A stretch of 64,000 nucleotides of DNA from positions 1 through 64,000 of the IMG/VR virus record IMGVR_UViG_3300008952_000019; one strand, written 5' to 3'. This stretch comes from a virus. The notes under the pieces were generated by a model. It was not told the origin of the DNA. It saw only the letters and a list, made by a program, of their open reading frames with translations, and made no database searches. This document shows, piece by piece, positions 28,449-36,873 of the stretch (its first letter is position 1; every line of letters starts with the position of its first letter). The translations under genes and the position numbers were made by a program.

Positions 28449-31400
28449 CTATGGTGTGTTCGGGTCCCCAGTGCCTGCTACCCTGTCGTTATCTAATGTA
28501 GACATTATACCGGCTATTAATTGTTGTGTTACAAAATTATCTTCAAAATAACCTCTAGATATTAAAGTATTTTCAGTTGTAACTGTACCAGCATATTGCG
28601 GTTCGCCTTCTGTTGTGTCAAATGTAACCTTACCACTGGCTGCCTTTAAATTTAAGTTGTTAGTTGATTCAGTTGTTGTACTTATGGTATTGCCGGAAAT
28701 GTCAACGGTACCTATTGTTGCTGTATTTACCTCTAGAGCGTTCTCACCACCACCTAACTGATTAGTTATATATGTTTTTATTGCTTTTTCAGTAACCAAT
28801 GCATTATCCGAATTACCACTTAATGTTCCATCTGTGGAAAATTCATCAATGGTTGCACCATACCCTGCAAATTGTAATGCTCCTAATTTTAATTGTTGTA
28901 ATCCATTTAATGAAAATTGTTCAGCATTTAATGTTGCAGTACCTGTTGCCTGTTGTACTGAAAATAATCCGCCAACACTAAAGTTACCATCTTGGTCAGT
29001 TGATGTAAAGAATACTCTACCTCCGCAATGACCTTGAGTTTCGTTGGTCGGATTTGATGGCTGAGTTGGTGTACCAGGATAATTTGATGTTACAAATGTT
29101 CCTGTACCTACATCTAAAAAGTCATGACCTGTTAATCTACAACTAGAATATTCTTCTCTAAATTGTATTGATGAATTATGAACAGGTGCTTTTGATGCCA
29201 CCATTGATGGCGATATTTGTACTCTACCAGTACCGTTTGAGCCCCCTGAATTAACGTATCCGATAGTATTAACAACTTGATAGTATGTTGGGTCGCCTGC
29301 TATTTCTAAATTAGAACCATCCTTTGGTTCGCGTTGTAATCCTGTTACTTCTAGATATGATCCAGTTTGAGGTACTTCGGCAAAGCCATCTCCACTTACG
29401 ATTGCAACGGTAGTACCCGGAGTTGTTGCACCACTTGTCATACCTGTCGGATAACCGCCGCCACCTGAAGTTCGTGTCCATACTGGTACACCATTTTTAA
29501 TTCTTATTGTACTATTAACTGCTTGAGATCCTAAAGTAATTAAAGGATCAGTAATAGTTACAGTAGTAGGTGGATTACTAGCATCATAACCCGATCCTGG
29601 ATTTACTATTAAAAGTTGTTCTATATCACTTAACGATGAAACCTGACACCGTATGAATGCTGCATCAGTTGGTGCAGATCCGCCTGATAATGTGACTGCT
29701 GGTTCAATTTCATAAACAGAAGTTGTATCAGGAACTGCCGTTGCACTTCCGGTCATAGAAATCCATTGGCCATCTAATGTTGCGACTTTAGAAGCATTAT
29801 CATAATCTTTAACAATAGCATATTGTCCGCCACCTGTTCCGCTTAAAAGGTTACATACCATACCATTAATTGCATCATCTGCTATTGTATTAGCAGTTGC
29901 AGTTAATGTAAGGGTAGCATCGCCCGAAGTTGGATTAGTACCACCTTGAGCATTACCTGTGTATCTATTAAGATTAGATACATTGTTTATCATATCAATT
30001 CTATTTATACCCCCATTAACATGTGCTGCCGTAAATGTAGCCGCTCCGCCTGCAGCAGTGGTTCCTGCATCATTATCACCTGCAGCAGTAAATGATACAG
30101 TAGCATTAGAATAATTTTCTCCTGCGTAACTCCATTCTATTCGTTGGACTTGGCCAGTAGATTCATTTACAACAACCCTATAAGGTACAGACTCGCCTGT
30201 TCTATTATCTATTTGTCCTGTTTTTTGTGTTAAAATTGCTTCTGAGGCATAATGTCCTTCAGATATTGAACCATAATTACCATACGAATTATTACCATTT
30301 GCAGAACGTATAATACCACCATGGGTAGTTGCATAACCTACATGGCAATAATATGTAAACACCGAGACTGCCTCGATTCTTCCTTTATTTGTTGCAAATA
30401 AACCAAAGCCGTTTGAATTAATCTGTGTAAAATCATTTGTACAAAAACTTGCATATCTTCCATTAGGTGCATGTGTACCATCACAATAAATACCACCTCC
30501 TCCGTCATTAATTGAACAGCAATTCTGAATAAATGGAGATTTAAGATTAACCTCACCATTAGGATCTAACTGAAAACATACTCCTTTGATTGTAGGTTCT
30601 GTATGAGGATTACCTACACCTATAACAGTACCGCCTAGACCTCTGAATGTGAACCCTCTAACAGTTATAGCATCGTTGCAATAAAACATAGCACATTCAT
30701 TATTTGCTATACCGCTCCCTAACATTGATATACCTACGCCGTTGCCACCATCATCTTCCATGTTAGGCTCAATAAATGTTGTACGCATTTCAGTGCCGAA
30801 AATACCGACTCCTGCTGGAATTGTAATAGGTAAAAATTCTTTAAATACACCTGGTGCACACTTAATTTGATCACCTGTTCTAGCTCTTGCACATGCATAT
30901 CTTATTGTTTTAAATGCTGCACTTGGATTTTTACCCCATGTAATAACACCTGTTACTTGATTATCAGAATCAACTTTTACACCATTTAATACTTCTCGCC
31001 AACCTTCATTAATAGCACCTGATTCTGCATTCGCAGGTTCTACACCTACACGTTCTTTTATAGCCATATAAACTTTATATTTTACAGCAGAACTATTATA
31101 ATTAGCAGAAGTTGTACTATCATCTTTTCCGTACAATCTATCTTTTCCATAATATATATGAACTGTATTGGATGGGTTCTGAGCTGTTGTTTGTGCTATT
31201 GGAGCCGAAGGTGATATTTTAACCCATGGTGCTCCTGCTACTGCATTTGTCATTGGTGCTACTGTATCTGCATTAGTTGTATCTTTACATTTATACCAAT
31301 CCATTGTTGCAGGAGTCGGCGCTGTATCTACATGTGATACTATTTCACCTATAGTATAAGTTCCGCCTGACTGCCATGCAGGAGGAGCCCATCGAGTAAC

Positions 31401-34361
31401 CTGACCTGGAAGATAAGTTGCAGTAGAACTATAATCCTGAACAGCTACGCCAGAACTAGAACTACCGGACGCTTGTGACGCGACTGCATTGGATATAATA
31501 GTTGCCTGACTAGATGTTATATCGTTAAATGCTGTAGTTGCATTAGCTGAAGCATTTGTTATTGCAGGATACGTTATTGCGGTACCTACAGAAGTATTAT
31601 TTTTAACTGCATCTTCTATAACTTGTAAATTTGTATCTACTATTGTAGTTTCTGCACTTGTTCCTGCGGTTCCTGAAGTATCTTGGGTTACTGCAGATTG
31701 TTCTGGATTCCAAGAAGTATTTTCTTCAATACAATACTTAAATACATCTGCCATATAATTATATGCTAATCCGGTAACTACTCTATGATTTGCAGGTATC
31801 TGAGATGCTCCGCCATCAAAAAATGAGTTAGCAGATATTATAGTACCAAAATCACCACCATACATTAAATCATAACACATAGCATCAACAAAATATTTTG
31901 TGTCTCGTGTACATTTTGTTGCATCATGAACATAACTAGCACTACCTGCAACAGATGCTACCGCCGCCGATATAATTGTAGTTTGATCCGTTGTAACTTC
32001 TGTATGTGCAGTTATATAAGTTGAAGTAGCAACATCTACCGCTGTAGGGGCCGGAATTCCTGCGGCACTATTAGCAGTAATTGCATCTTCTATAATTTGT
32101 ACTAAACTTGAACATATTGTGCCTTCTGCGGCTGTTGCGGGTGTACCAAGTATATCTTGTGTTTCGGTATTTCCTGTTTGAGGAGTTACTGTTGTTTCTT
32201 GAACAATATCACTTGCAATTGATGCTAAATGATCGTATGCTAATACAGTTACATTTCTTTCTGTTGGAGTTGTTAATTGAGAAACACCTCCATCAAAAAA
32301 TGATTTAGCCATTATTGTCATTGCAGTATCGCCACCGTACATTAAATCATAAGTTAAAGCATCAACAATATAACCCGAATCTCTTGTACATTTTGCTTCA
32401 TCGTATGTTGAAAAGTGAGAGGCATAATTTTGTGTTACCCACGCATTTACATCTGCGGCTATAAAATCTTTGTTTGCTTGTAATTGGTCACCACCATTTT
32501 TTCTATCTGTCCAATCTGATCTACCTGTATTAAAATCTGGAAAAGTCAAAGCATTAGCACTACTAAGACCATTATCCATAATATCTTTAATTTCTGCATA
32601 GGCGGCAACTACTGCGGTTTCTGCCGCACCAGTTACATTAGCTAATGCTTTAACAGCAGTTTCGGAATGGTCAATTGCATCTTGAACTCGTACTATATCT
32701 GAAGAAGTTGCATACAGGCTATAATTCATTCTAATACCAGTAATAACTGCCATATAATTTGAGCCAATTGCCATATCATTTTTTGCGGCATCAACAACAT
32801 AACCTAAATCTCTTGTACATAAATCTTGTTCTGCTTGTGTCATTGCACTAATATAATCTTCTACCCAAGCATTTACTTCTGCGGCTATAAAGTTTTTATT
32901 TGCCTGCATTTGTGCTACTGCATTTTGTTTATTTTGGGTAGCACCAAAGGCTGGCAATGTTACAGGATTTGCTGCGGCATGACCGTTGTTTATAATATCT
33001 GTTACTTCATTAAACCCGTTTGTTACGTCTGTTAGTATTGAATTTACTGTTTTAACACTATTAATATCTACAGTTGCTAACTTTGCATGATTAATGGCTC
33101 CTAACACTCTTATTCTATCAGCGGTTGTTACAGATACACCATATTGCATTCTATGACCAACTATGGTTTGCATATAATTTGTGCCTATTGCCATATCATA
33201 TTTTGAAGCATTTAACACATATCCTAAGTCTCTTGTACATAATGTTTGTTCATTACTTGTCATAGCTCCTGTTGACGTTACACCTGGGCTATAAGTAAGA
33301 TTTTCTTCGTCTTCACCTTTATGAGCGTCTACATACCAAGTGTATGATTCGTCATCTGGATCCCAATGTACAGGATGACCTTGACCTTCGTCTGCTCTTA
33401 GTTTCCACCCTTTTTGACCAACATTTAATGCTACATTAGTACTTGTACGTATCATTATATCACCAGGAGAATTCATTACAATTTGTGTATCTCCAGCTGA
33501 TAATGTTTCCCAAAATGTTGTGTTTGGCGGTTTTGTTGTAGCAGATCCGTCACCTAAATGTTCGTCTTTACAAACATATGAACTATTTGTTTCTTTAACA
33601 ACATCACCTAAATAATACGTTACACTATCGGCCCAATCACCTATAAATTTAAAACCTGAATTTAACTGGTCCCAATAGGTTGAATTAACTATTGTTTGAT
33701 TATAAGTTGGAGAACTGCTATCTCCATCTTGTACTGTAGGAGAATTACCTGTAGTATCTGCGTTTGCAACATATGTATATCCGTTTCGTCTAATTACACT
33801 ACCTGGTTTATATGCAGTACCTGAGTTATAATCTCCCATTACTGTAAATCCAGTAGTTACAATCTCCCAATTAGCAGTATCGGTAGGTAGATTTTCTTTT
33901 GTATCTTGTTTTGCAGTATATGTGTAACCACCATAAGTTACAACATCACCTGTTTGGTATTGTTTACTATTAATATAGGAATCTTCGAATTCTAGACCTG
34001 GTACAAACAGTACCCATTTTGCATTGTCAGTAACAAAACCTGAATTTGCATCAGCATCTGATGTATGATGTGTTTTACAAATATATAAATTAGAACCCCA
34101 CCTAACTACATCATTTAATTTATATGCCGTACCTGCTTGCCATGCTGGTGTGGTTGTATTATATGAAAAACTTTCTGTATGTAACGACCAATAAGAATTA
34201 CTATCTAAATCTGTATAAAATGCTGCATCAGCAGTATGGTTAACTACACATACATAAGTGTTAGCCCCATACTTAATAATGTCATCTATAATATATGCGG
34301 TGCCTGTAACCCAGTCACCTTTCCATTTGAACTTCAGTCGTCCTAAAATAAAATCAGCCAT
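28449..34361 (-). CDS. Giant virion structural protein (1970 aa): CBM5/12-like repeats, helical CxRD repeats, pectin-lyase-like beta-helix
   Basis: MADFILGRLKFKWKGDW start; W...TAY...D.V.YG...Y.C repeats; four CTRD repeats; FKTI..A...I...PG.F.E.LPI and SPFIQNC beta-helix motifs; conserved C-terminal GRVFFTSTDQDGNF.VG and EFSTD.TL..NSD....TEKAI. Confidence 0.8.
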   Translation of the reverse strand: MADFILGRLKFKWKGDWVTGTAYIIDDIIKYGANTYVCVVNHTADAAFYTDLDSNSYWSLHTESFSYNTTTPAWQAGTAYKLNDVVRWGSNLYICKTHHTSDADANSGFVTDNAKWVLFVPGLEFEDSYINSKQYQTGDVVTYGGYTYTAKQDTKENLPTDTANWEIVTTGFTVMGDYNSGTAYKPGSVIRRNGYTYVANADTTGNSPTVQDGDSSSPTYNQTIVNSTYWDQLNSGFKFIGDWADSVTYYLGDVVKETNSSYVCKDEHLGDGSATTKPPNTTFWETLSAGDTQIVMNSPGDIMIRTSTNVALNVGQKGWKLRADEGQGHPVHWDPDDESYTWYVDAHKGEDEENLTYSPGVTSTGAMTSNEQTLCTRDLGYVLNASKYDMAIGTNYMQTIVGHRMQYGVSVTTADRIRVLGAINHAKLATVDINSVKTVNSILTDVTNGFNEVTDIINNGHAAANPVTLPAFGATQNKQNAVAQMQANKNFIAAEVNAWVEDYISAMTQAEQDLCTRDLGYVVDAAKNDMAIGSNYMAVITGIRMNYSLYATSSDIVRVQDAIDHSETAVKALANVTGAAETAVVAAYAEIKDIMDNGLSSANALTFPDFNTGRSDWTDRKNGGDQLQANKDFIAADVNAWVTQNYASHFSTYDEAKCTRDSGYIVDALTYDLMYGGDTAMTIMAKSFFDGGVSQLTTPTERNVTVLAYDHLASIASDIVQETTVTPQTGNTETQDILGTPATAAEGTICSSLVQIIEDAITANSAAGIPAPTAVDVATSTYITAHTEVTTDQTTIISAAVASVAGSASYVHDATKCTRDTKYFVDAMCYDLMYGGDFGTIISANSFFDGGASQIPANHRVVTGLAYNYMADVFKYCIEENTSWNPEQSAVTQDTSGTAGTSAETTIVDTNLQVIEDAVKNNTSVGTAITYPAITNASANATTAFNDITSSQATIISNAVASQASGSSSSGVAVQDYSSTATYLPGQVTRWAPPAWQSGGTYTIGEIVSHVDTAPTPATMDWYKCKDTTNADTVAPMTNAVAGAPWVKISPSAPIAQTTAQNPSNTVHIYYGKDRLYGKDDSTTSANYNSSAVKYKVYMAIKERVGVEPANAESGAINEGWREVLNGVKVDSDNQVTGVITWGKNPSAAFKTIRYACARARTGDQIKCAPGVFKEFLPITIPAGVGIFGTEMRTTFIEPNMEDDGGNGVGISMLGSGIANNECAMFYCNDAITVRGFTFRGLGGTVIGVGNPHTEPTIKGVCFQLDPNGEVNLKSPFIQNCCSINDGGGGIYCDGTHAPNGRYASFCTNDFTQINSNGFGLFATNKGRIEAVSVFTYYCHVGYATTHGGIIRSANGNNSYGNYGSISEGHYASEAILTQKTGQIDNRTGESVPYRVVVNESTGQVQRIEWSYAGENYSNATVSFTAAGDNDAGTTAAGGAATFTAAHVNGGINRIDMINNVSNLNRYTGNAQGGTNPTSGDATLTLTATANTIADDAINGMVCNLLSGTGGGQYAIVKDYDNASKVATLDGQWISMTGSATAVPDTTSVYEIEPAVTLSGGSAPTDAAFIRCQVSSLSDIEQLLIVNPGSGYDASNPPTTVTITDPLITLGSQAVNSTIRIKNGVPVWTRTSGGGGYPTGMTSGATTPGTTVAIVSGDGFAEVPQTGSYLEVTGLQREPKDGSNLEIAGDPTYYQVVNTIGYVNSGGSNGTGRVQISPSMVASKAPVHNSSIQFREEYSSCRLTGHDFLDVGTGTFVTSNYPGTPTQPSNPTNETQGHCGGRVFFTSTDQDGNFSVGGLFSVQQATGTATLNAEQFSLNGLQQLKLGALQFAGYGATIDEFSTDGTLSGNSDNALVTEKAIKTYITNQLGGGENALEVNTATIGTVDISGNTISTTTESTNNLNLKAASGKVTFDTTEGEPQYAGTVTTENTLISRGYFEDNFVTQQLIAGIMSTLDNDRVAGTGDPNTP

Positions 34362-34387
34362 TCGACCATTCCTTATGTAATTTAATA

Positions 34388-34395
34388 TATTTATT
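34388..34395 (-). promoter_or_regulatory. Late promoter variant AATAAATA
   Basis: tatttatt on the + strand, upstream of the 34361 start; RBS AAGGA lies between them. Confidence 0.55.
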
Positions 34396-34408
34396 TAAAA
34401 TATACTTT

Positions 34409-34846
34409 TTAAACCGCAGTGGATCCACCTGTTGAGGCGTACACAAAATCTTGTTTATATCTTGCTACTAATTTACCTGCAGAATTCAAATAATAAAATA
34501 ATTTTAAGTTATCAAATCTAAACTGTTCATGATTTCTATTACCTATATTTGTTTCATGGGCTGCTCTACCTGTTTCTGATGTACCAGTTTGCCACATGTT
34601 GTAATCAGTACCATCATCTGTTTTACCTTCTAACATATCTTCTATGCCGTTAAAAGAAAAACCATCATCATTTGTAAGCTCAATAGATTCTGTACCATTC
34701 ATTAATACTCTTGTGTATGTTAATAATCCGTCTGAGTCTCTTTTTAGTGCATGATAAGCATATTGATCTGATATTTGATTAACTTGACCTGATCCGGTAA
34801 CAGAACTACTCGATGGACTTAAAAAATCTGAAAGATAAATTGCCAT
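34409..34846 (-). CDS. Conserved phage structural-region protein
   Basis: YHALKRDSDGLLTYT...EQFRFD..KLFYYLN..G.LVARY...FVY. Start MAIYL at 34846 by TAATG overlap. Confidence 0.6.
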   Translation of the reverse strand: MAIYLSDFLSPSSSSVTGSGQVNQISDQYAYHALKRDSDGLLTYTRVLMNGTESIELTNDDGFSFNGIEDMLEGKTDDGTDYNMWQTGTSETGRAAHETNIGNRNHEQFRFDNLKLFYYLNSAGKLVARYKQDFVYASTGGSTAV

Positions 34847-35268
34847 TAAAATACTCTCCATGTCGAACCATTATACGATAAACCAAATGATGCATTATTA
34901 TAATCTACAATCATATCATCTGCTAAATCCATAATAGTATTTCCATTTCTTAAAACTGTAACATTTAAACTTGCAAAATTGCCGCCGCCATCAGATATGT
35001 GAACTGCATCACCGGTGTTAGGCGAAGCAGGTAATGTTACATTAATAGGATTAGATCTAGTATCAACTTGAACATTATCACCTGCAGCGATAGTAAAATC
35101 CGAATTTTTATATGTTACAGTCGGTTGAGCACCGTGCAATGTTTTAAAAACTAAATTACCTGAACCGTCGGTCGCAACGGCATCTCCGGCTGTGGCCGAA
35201 TTTGTTGTGCTAAGTGTCGATGCTGTTACTGAATTATCTGAAATTAACCCTGTAGTTTTTAAAGCCAT
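34846..35268 (-). CDS. Small structural/adaptor protein
   Basis: C-terminal VDT...TLPASP.TGD...DGGG.F...RNG.TIMD.ADD...YNGSTWRVF module, closely matching that of 9111..9782. Confidence 0.7.
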   Translation of the reverse strand: MALKTTGLISDNSVTASTLSTTNSATAGDAVATDGSGNLVFKTLHGAQPTVTYKNSDFTIAAGDNVQVDTRSNPINVTLPASPNTGDAVHISDGGGNFASLNVTVLRNGNTIMDLADDMIVDYNNASFGLSYNGSTWRVF

Positions 35269-35291
35269 TATTCATCCTGTACTCCGTATAA

Positions 35292-35299
35292 TATTTATC
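35292..35299 (-). promoter_or_regulatory. Late promoter variant GATAAATA, overlapping the upstream stop codon
   Basis: tatttatc on the + strand, 24 nt upstream of the 35268 start. Confidence 0.5.
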
Positions 35300-36164
35300 G
35301 TACAAGCAAGAATGAGACGGTTATAATAACTGAACAAAGGAACACAACAAAGGTATAATACGTAATTAGGGGAGTTTTAAAATACATTTTACCTATTATA
35401 AAACATTTATGGGTGGGACTTAGCATATAACCTGCATAATCTATAGCAAAAAACATAGGAAGATATTGAACGCCAAAGATACTTGTAAGAATAGCAGTAA
35501 ATGCAGCAAAGCGAGATGAAGATCCTAATAAAAAACTACCGGCAAATCCTAACCAAGCACCTGTAATAAGAGACCATTCGTTGTTTTCGATATATCCTTT
35601 AATTTCATTTGTATAAGATTTGATGTAATTTCCTAAAATAATAACTAAAGCAACCGCAATTAATAATTTCCAATTAACCCAATTTACTTTATTAAATTTT
35701 TGTATAGGATTAGCCCATACAACATCTTCATCTTTTAAAAAATAAAATACTAATATTAACGGAAGAACTATACCAATAGTAGCAAGTGGCCCCATTATAT
35801 ACATAAACTCTGTATATGTCAATCCTAAAACTGCCATCGGTATAATAACAGATTTCTCTAAAGGCGACCACAAATAGTAATGATGTGTACTGAGATAATC
35901 TATAATACCATACCATTTACGTTTATCATCCTTGGGTGCCATAGTATCCAAAATACCTGCAGATACTGATACTCGACCAGGTATAGGTAATACACCACAT
36001 ACAGAACTAATTATAATAATAAATAACCTATTGGATTTTATATATTTGTTTAAAAAATTTAATGTTGGATACACCCAACCTTTACGTTGAATATATGCTG
36101 AGATAATCATGATAGCTGCCAAATATATAATATACCATTGATTATTAAATATTATTTCTAACAT
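35295..36164 (-). CDS. Polytopic membrane protein, DUF401-like / IT-superfamily transporter-like
   Basis: Many hydrophobic segments; GVLPIPGRV.VSA, THHYYLWSPLE and GYMLSPTHKC motifs. Confidence 0.65.
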   Translation of the reverse strand: MLEIIFNNQWYIIYLAAIMIISAYIQRKGWVYPTLNFLNKYIKSNRLFIIIISSVCGVLPIPGRVSVSAGILDTMAPKDDKRKWYGIIDYLSTHHYYLWSPLEKSVIIPMAVLGLTYTEFMYIMGPLATIGIVLPLILVFYFLKDEDVVWANPIQKFNKVNWVNWKLLIAVALVIILGNYIKSYTNEIKGYIENNEWSLITGAWLGFAGSFLLGSSSRFAAFTAILTSIFGVQYLPMFFAIDYAGYMLSPTHKCFIIGKMYFKTPLITYYTFVVFLCSVIITVSFLLVR

Positions 36165-36873
36165 GATTTTCGTATAGTCTTTTAATTATATGTCTAGGAT
36201 ATTGGAAAGAAAAGTAATTTAAATATTTTCTTTTCTTTAGCCAGAGCTTATCGTTCTTAGTTTGATCTCGTACTATAACATCATAACTTTTCTCTGTCAA
36301 TGGAATTAAATGTGCAATAGGGGTTCCTGCTTTTATAAAAGTAGTTCCATTAGGGTAATTCCAGTATCCTTGAATATTTACTTCTGTACTATAACCAGGA
36401 TCTAAAATACCTATGCAACATTCAAAATCTATAAATTCTGTGTATGATATAGGTACCATTAAAAACTTAACACCTTTAGGTGCCATGACATGCCATGGGG
36501 TATTAACTTTAACAATATCAGGCCAACTCCATGGTCGCTTAGGTAAATGTTTTCCTATTTTATCACCTAGCTGTAAACTAACTGTATCTTTACCTAAAAA
36601 CTCATTTATAGACCTATCAGGTACTGACCACTTTTCCCTTGATATTTCAAGATCATGCCACATAGGAACAATATAACCAGTCGTAAACAGATGGAAAATT
36701 CCAGGACATCTAGTTATATGCTGAAAACTAGTTTTTTCATTTTTTTGTGATATTAAGAAGTCTTTTCTTGCTTCATTAACCCATGAGGGGGTAAATTCTT
36801 TTGCAGGTTGTATAGGAAATGATTCTGCTAATCCTTCTACAGATGAAAAAAATTCAATAGCATTTTTACCCAT
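36145..36873 (-). CDS. Conserved phage protein, DUF6065-like / dUTPase-like fold
   Basis: P.W...CPG...F..GYIVP.W.D...K..TPW...P.G...GILD...IKAGTPIAHLIP. Confidence 0.55.
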   Translation of the reverse strand: MGKNAIEFFSSVEGLAESFPIQPAKEFTPSWVNEARKDFLISQKNEKTSFQHITRCPGIFHLFTTGYIVPMWHDLEISREKWSVPDRSINEFLGKDTVSLQLGDKIGKHLPKRPWSWPDIVKVNTPWHVMAPKGVKFLMVPISYTEFIDFECCIGILDPGYSTEVNIQGYWNYPNGTTFIKAGTPIAHLIPLTEKSYDVIVRDQTKNDKLWLKKRKYLNYFSFQYPRHIIKRLYENHVRNNI

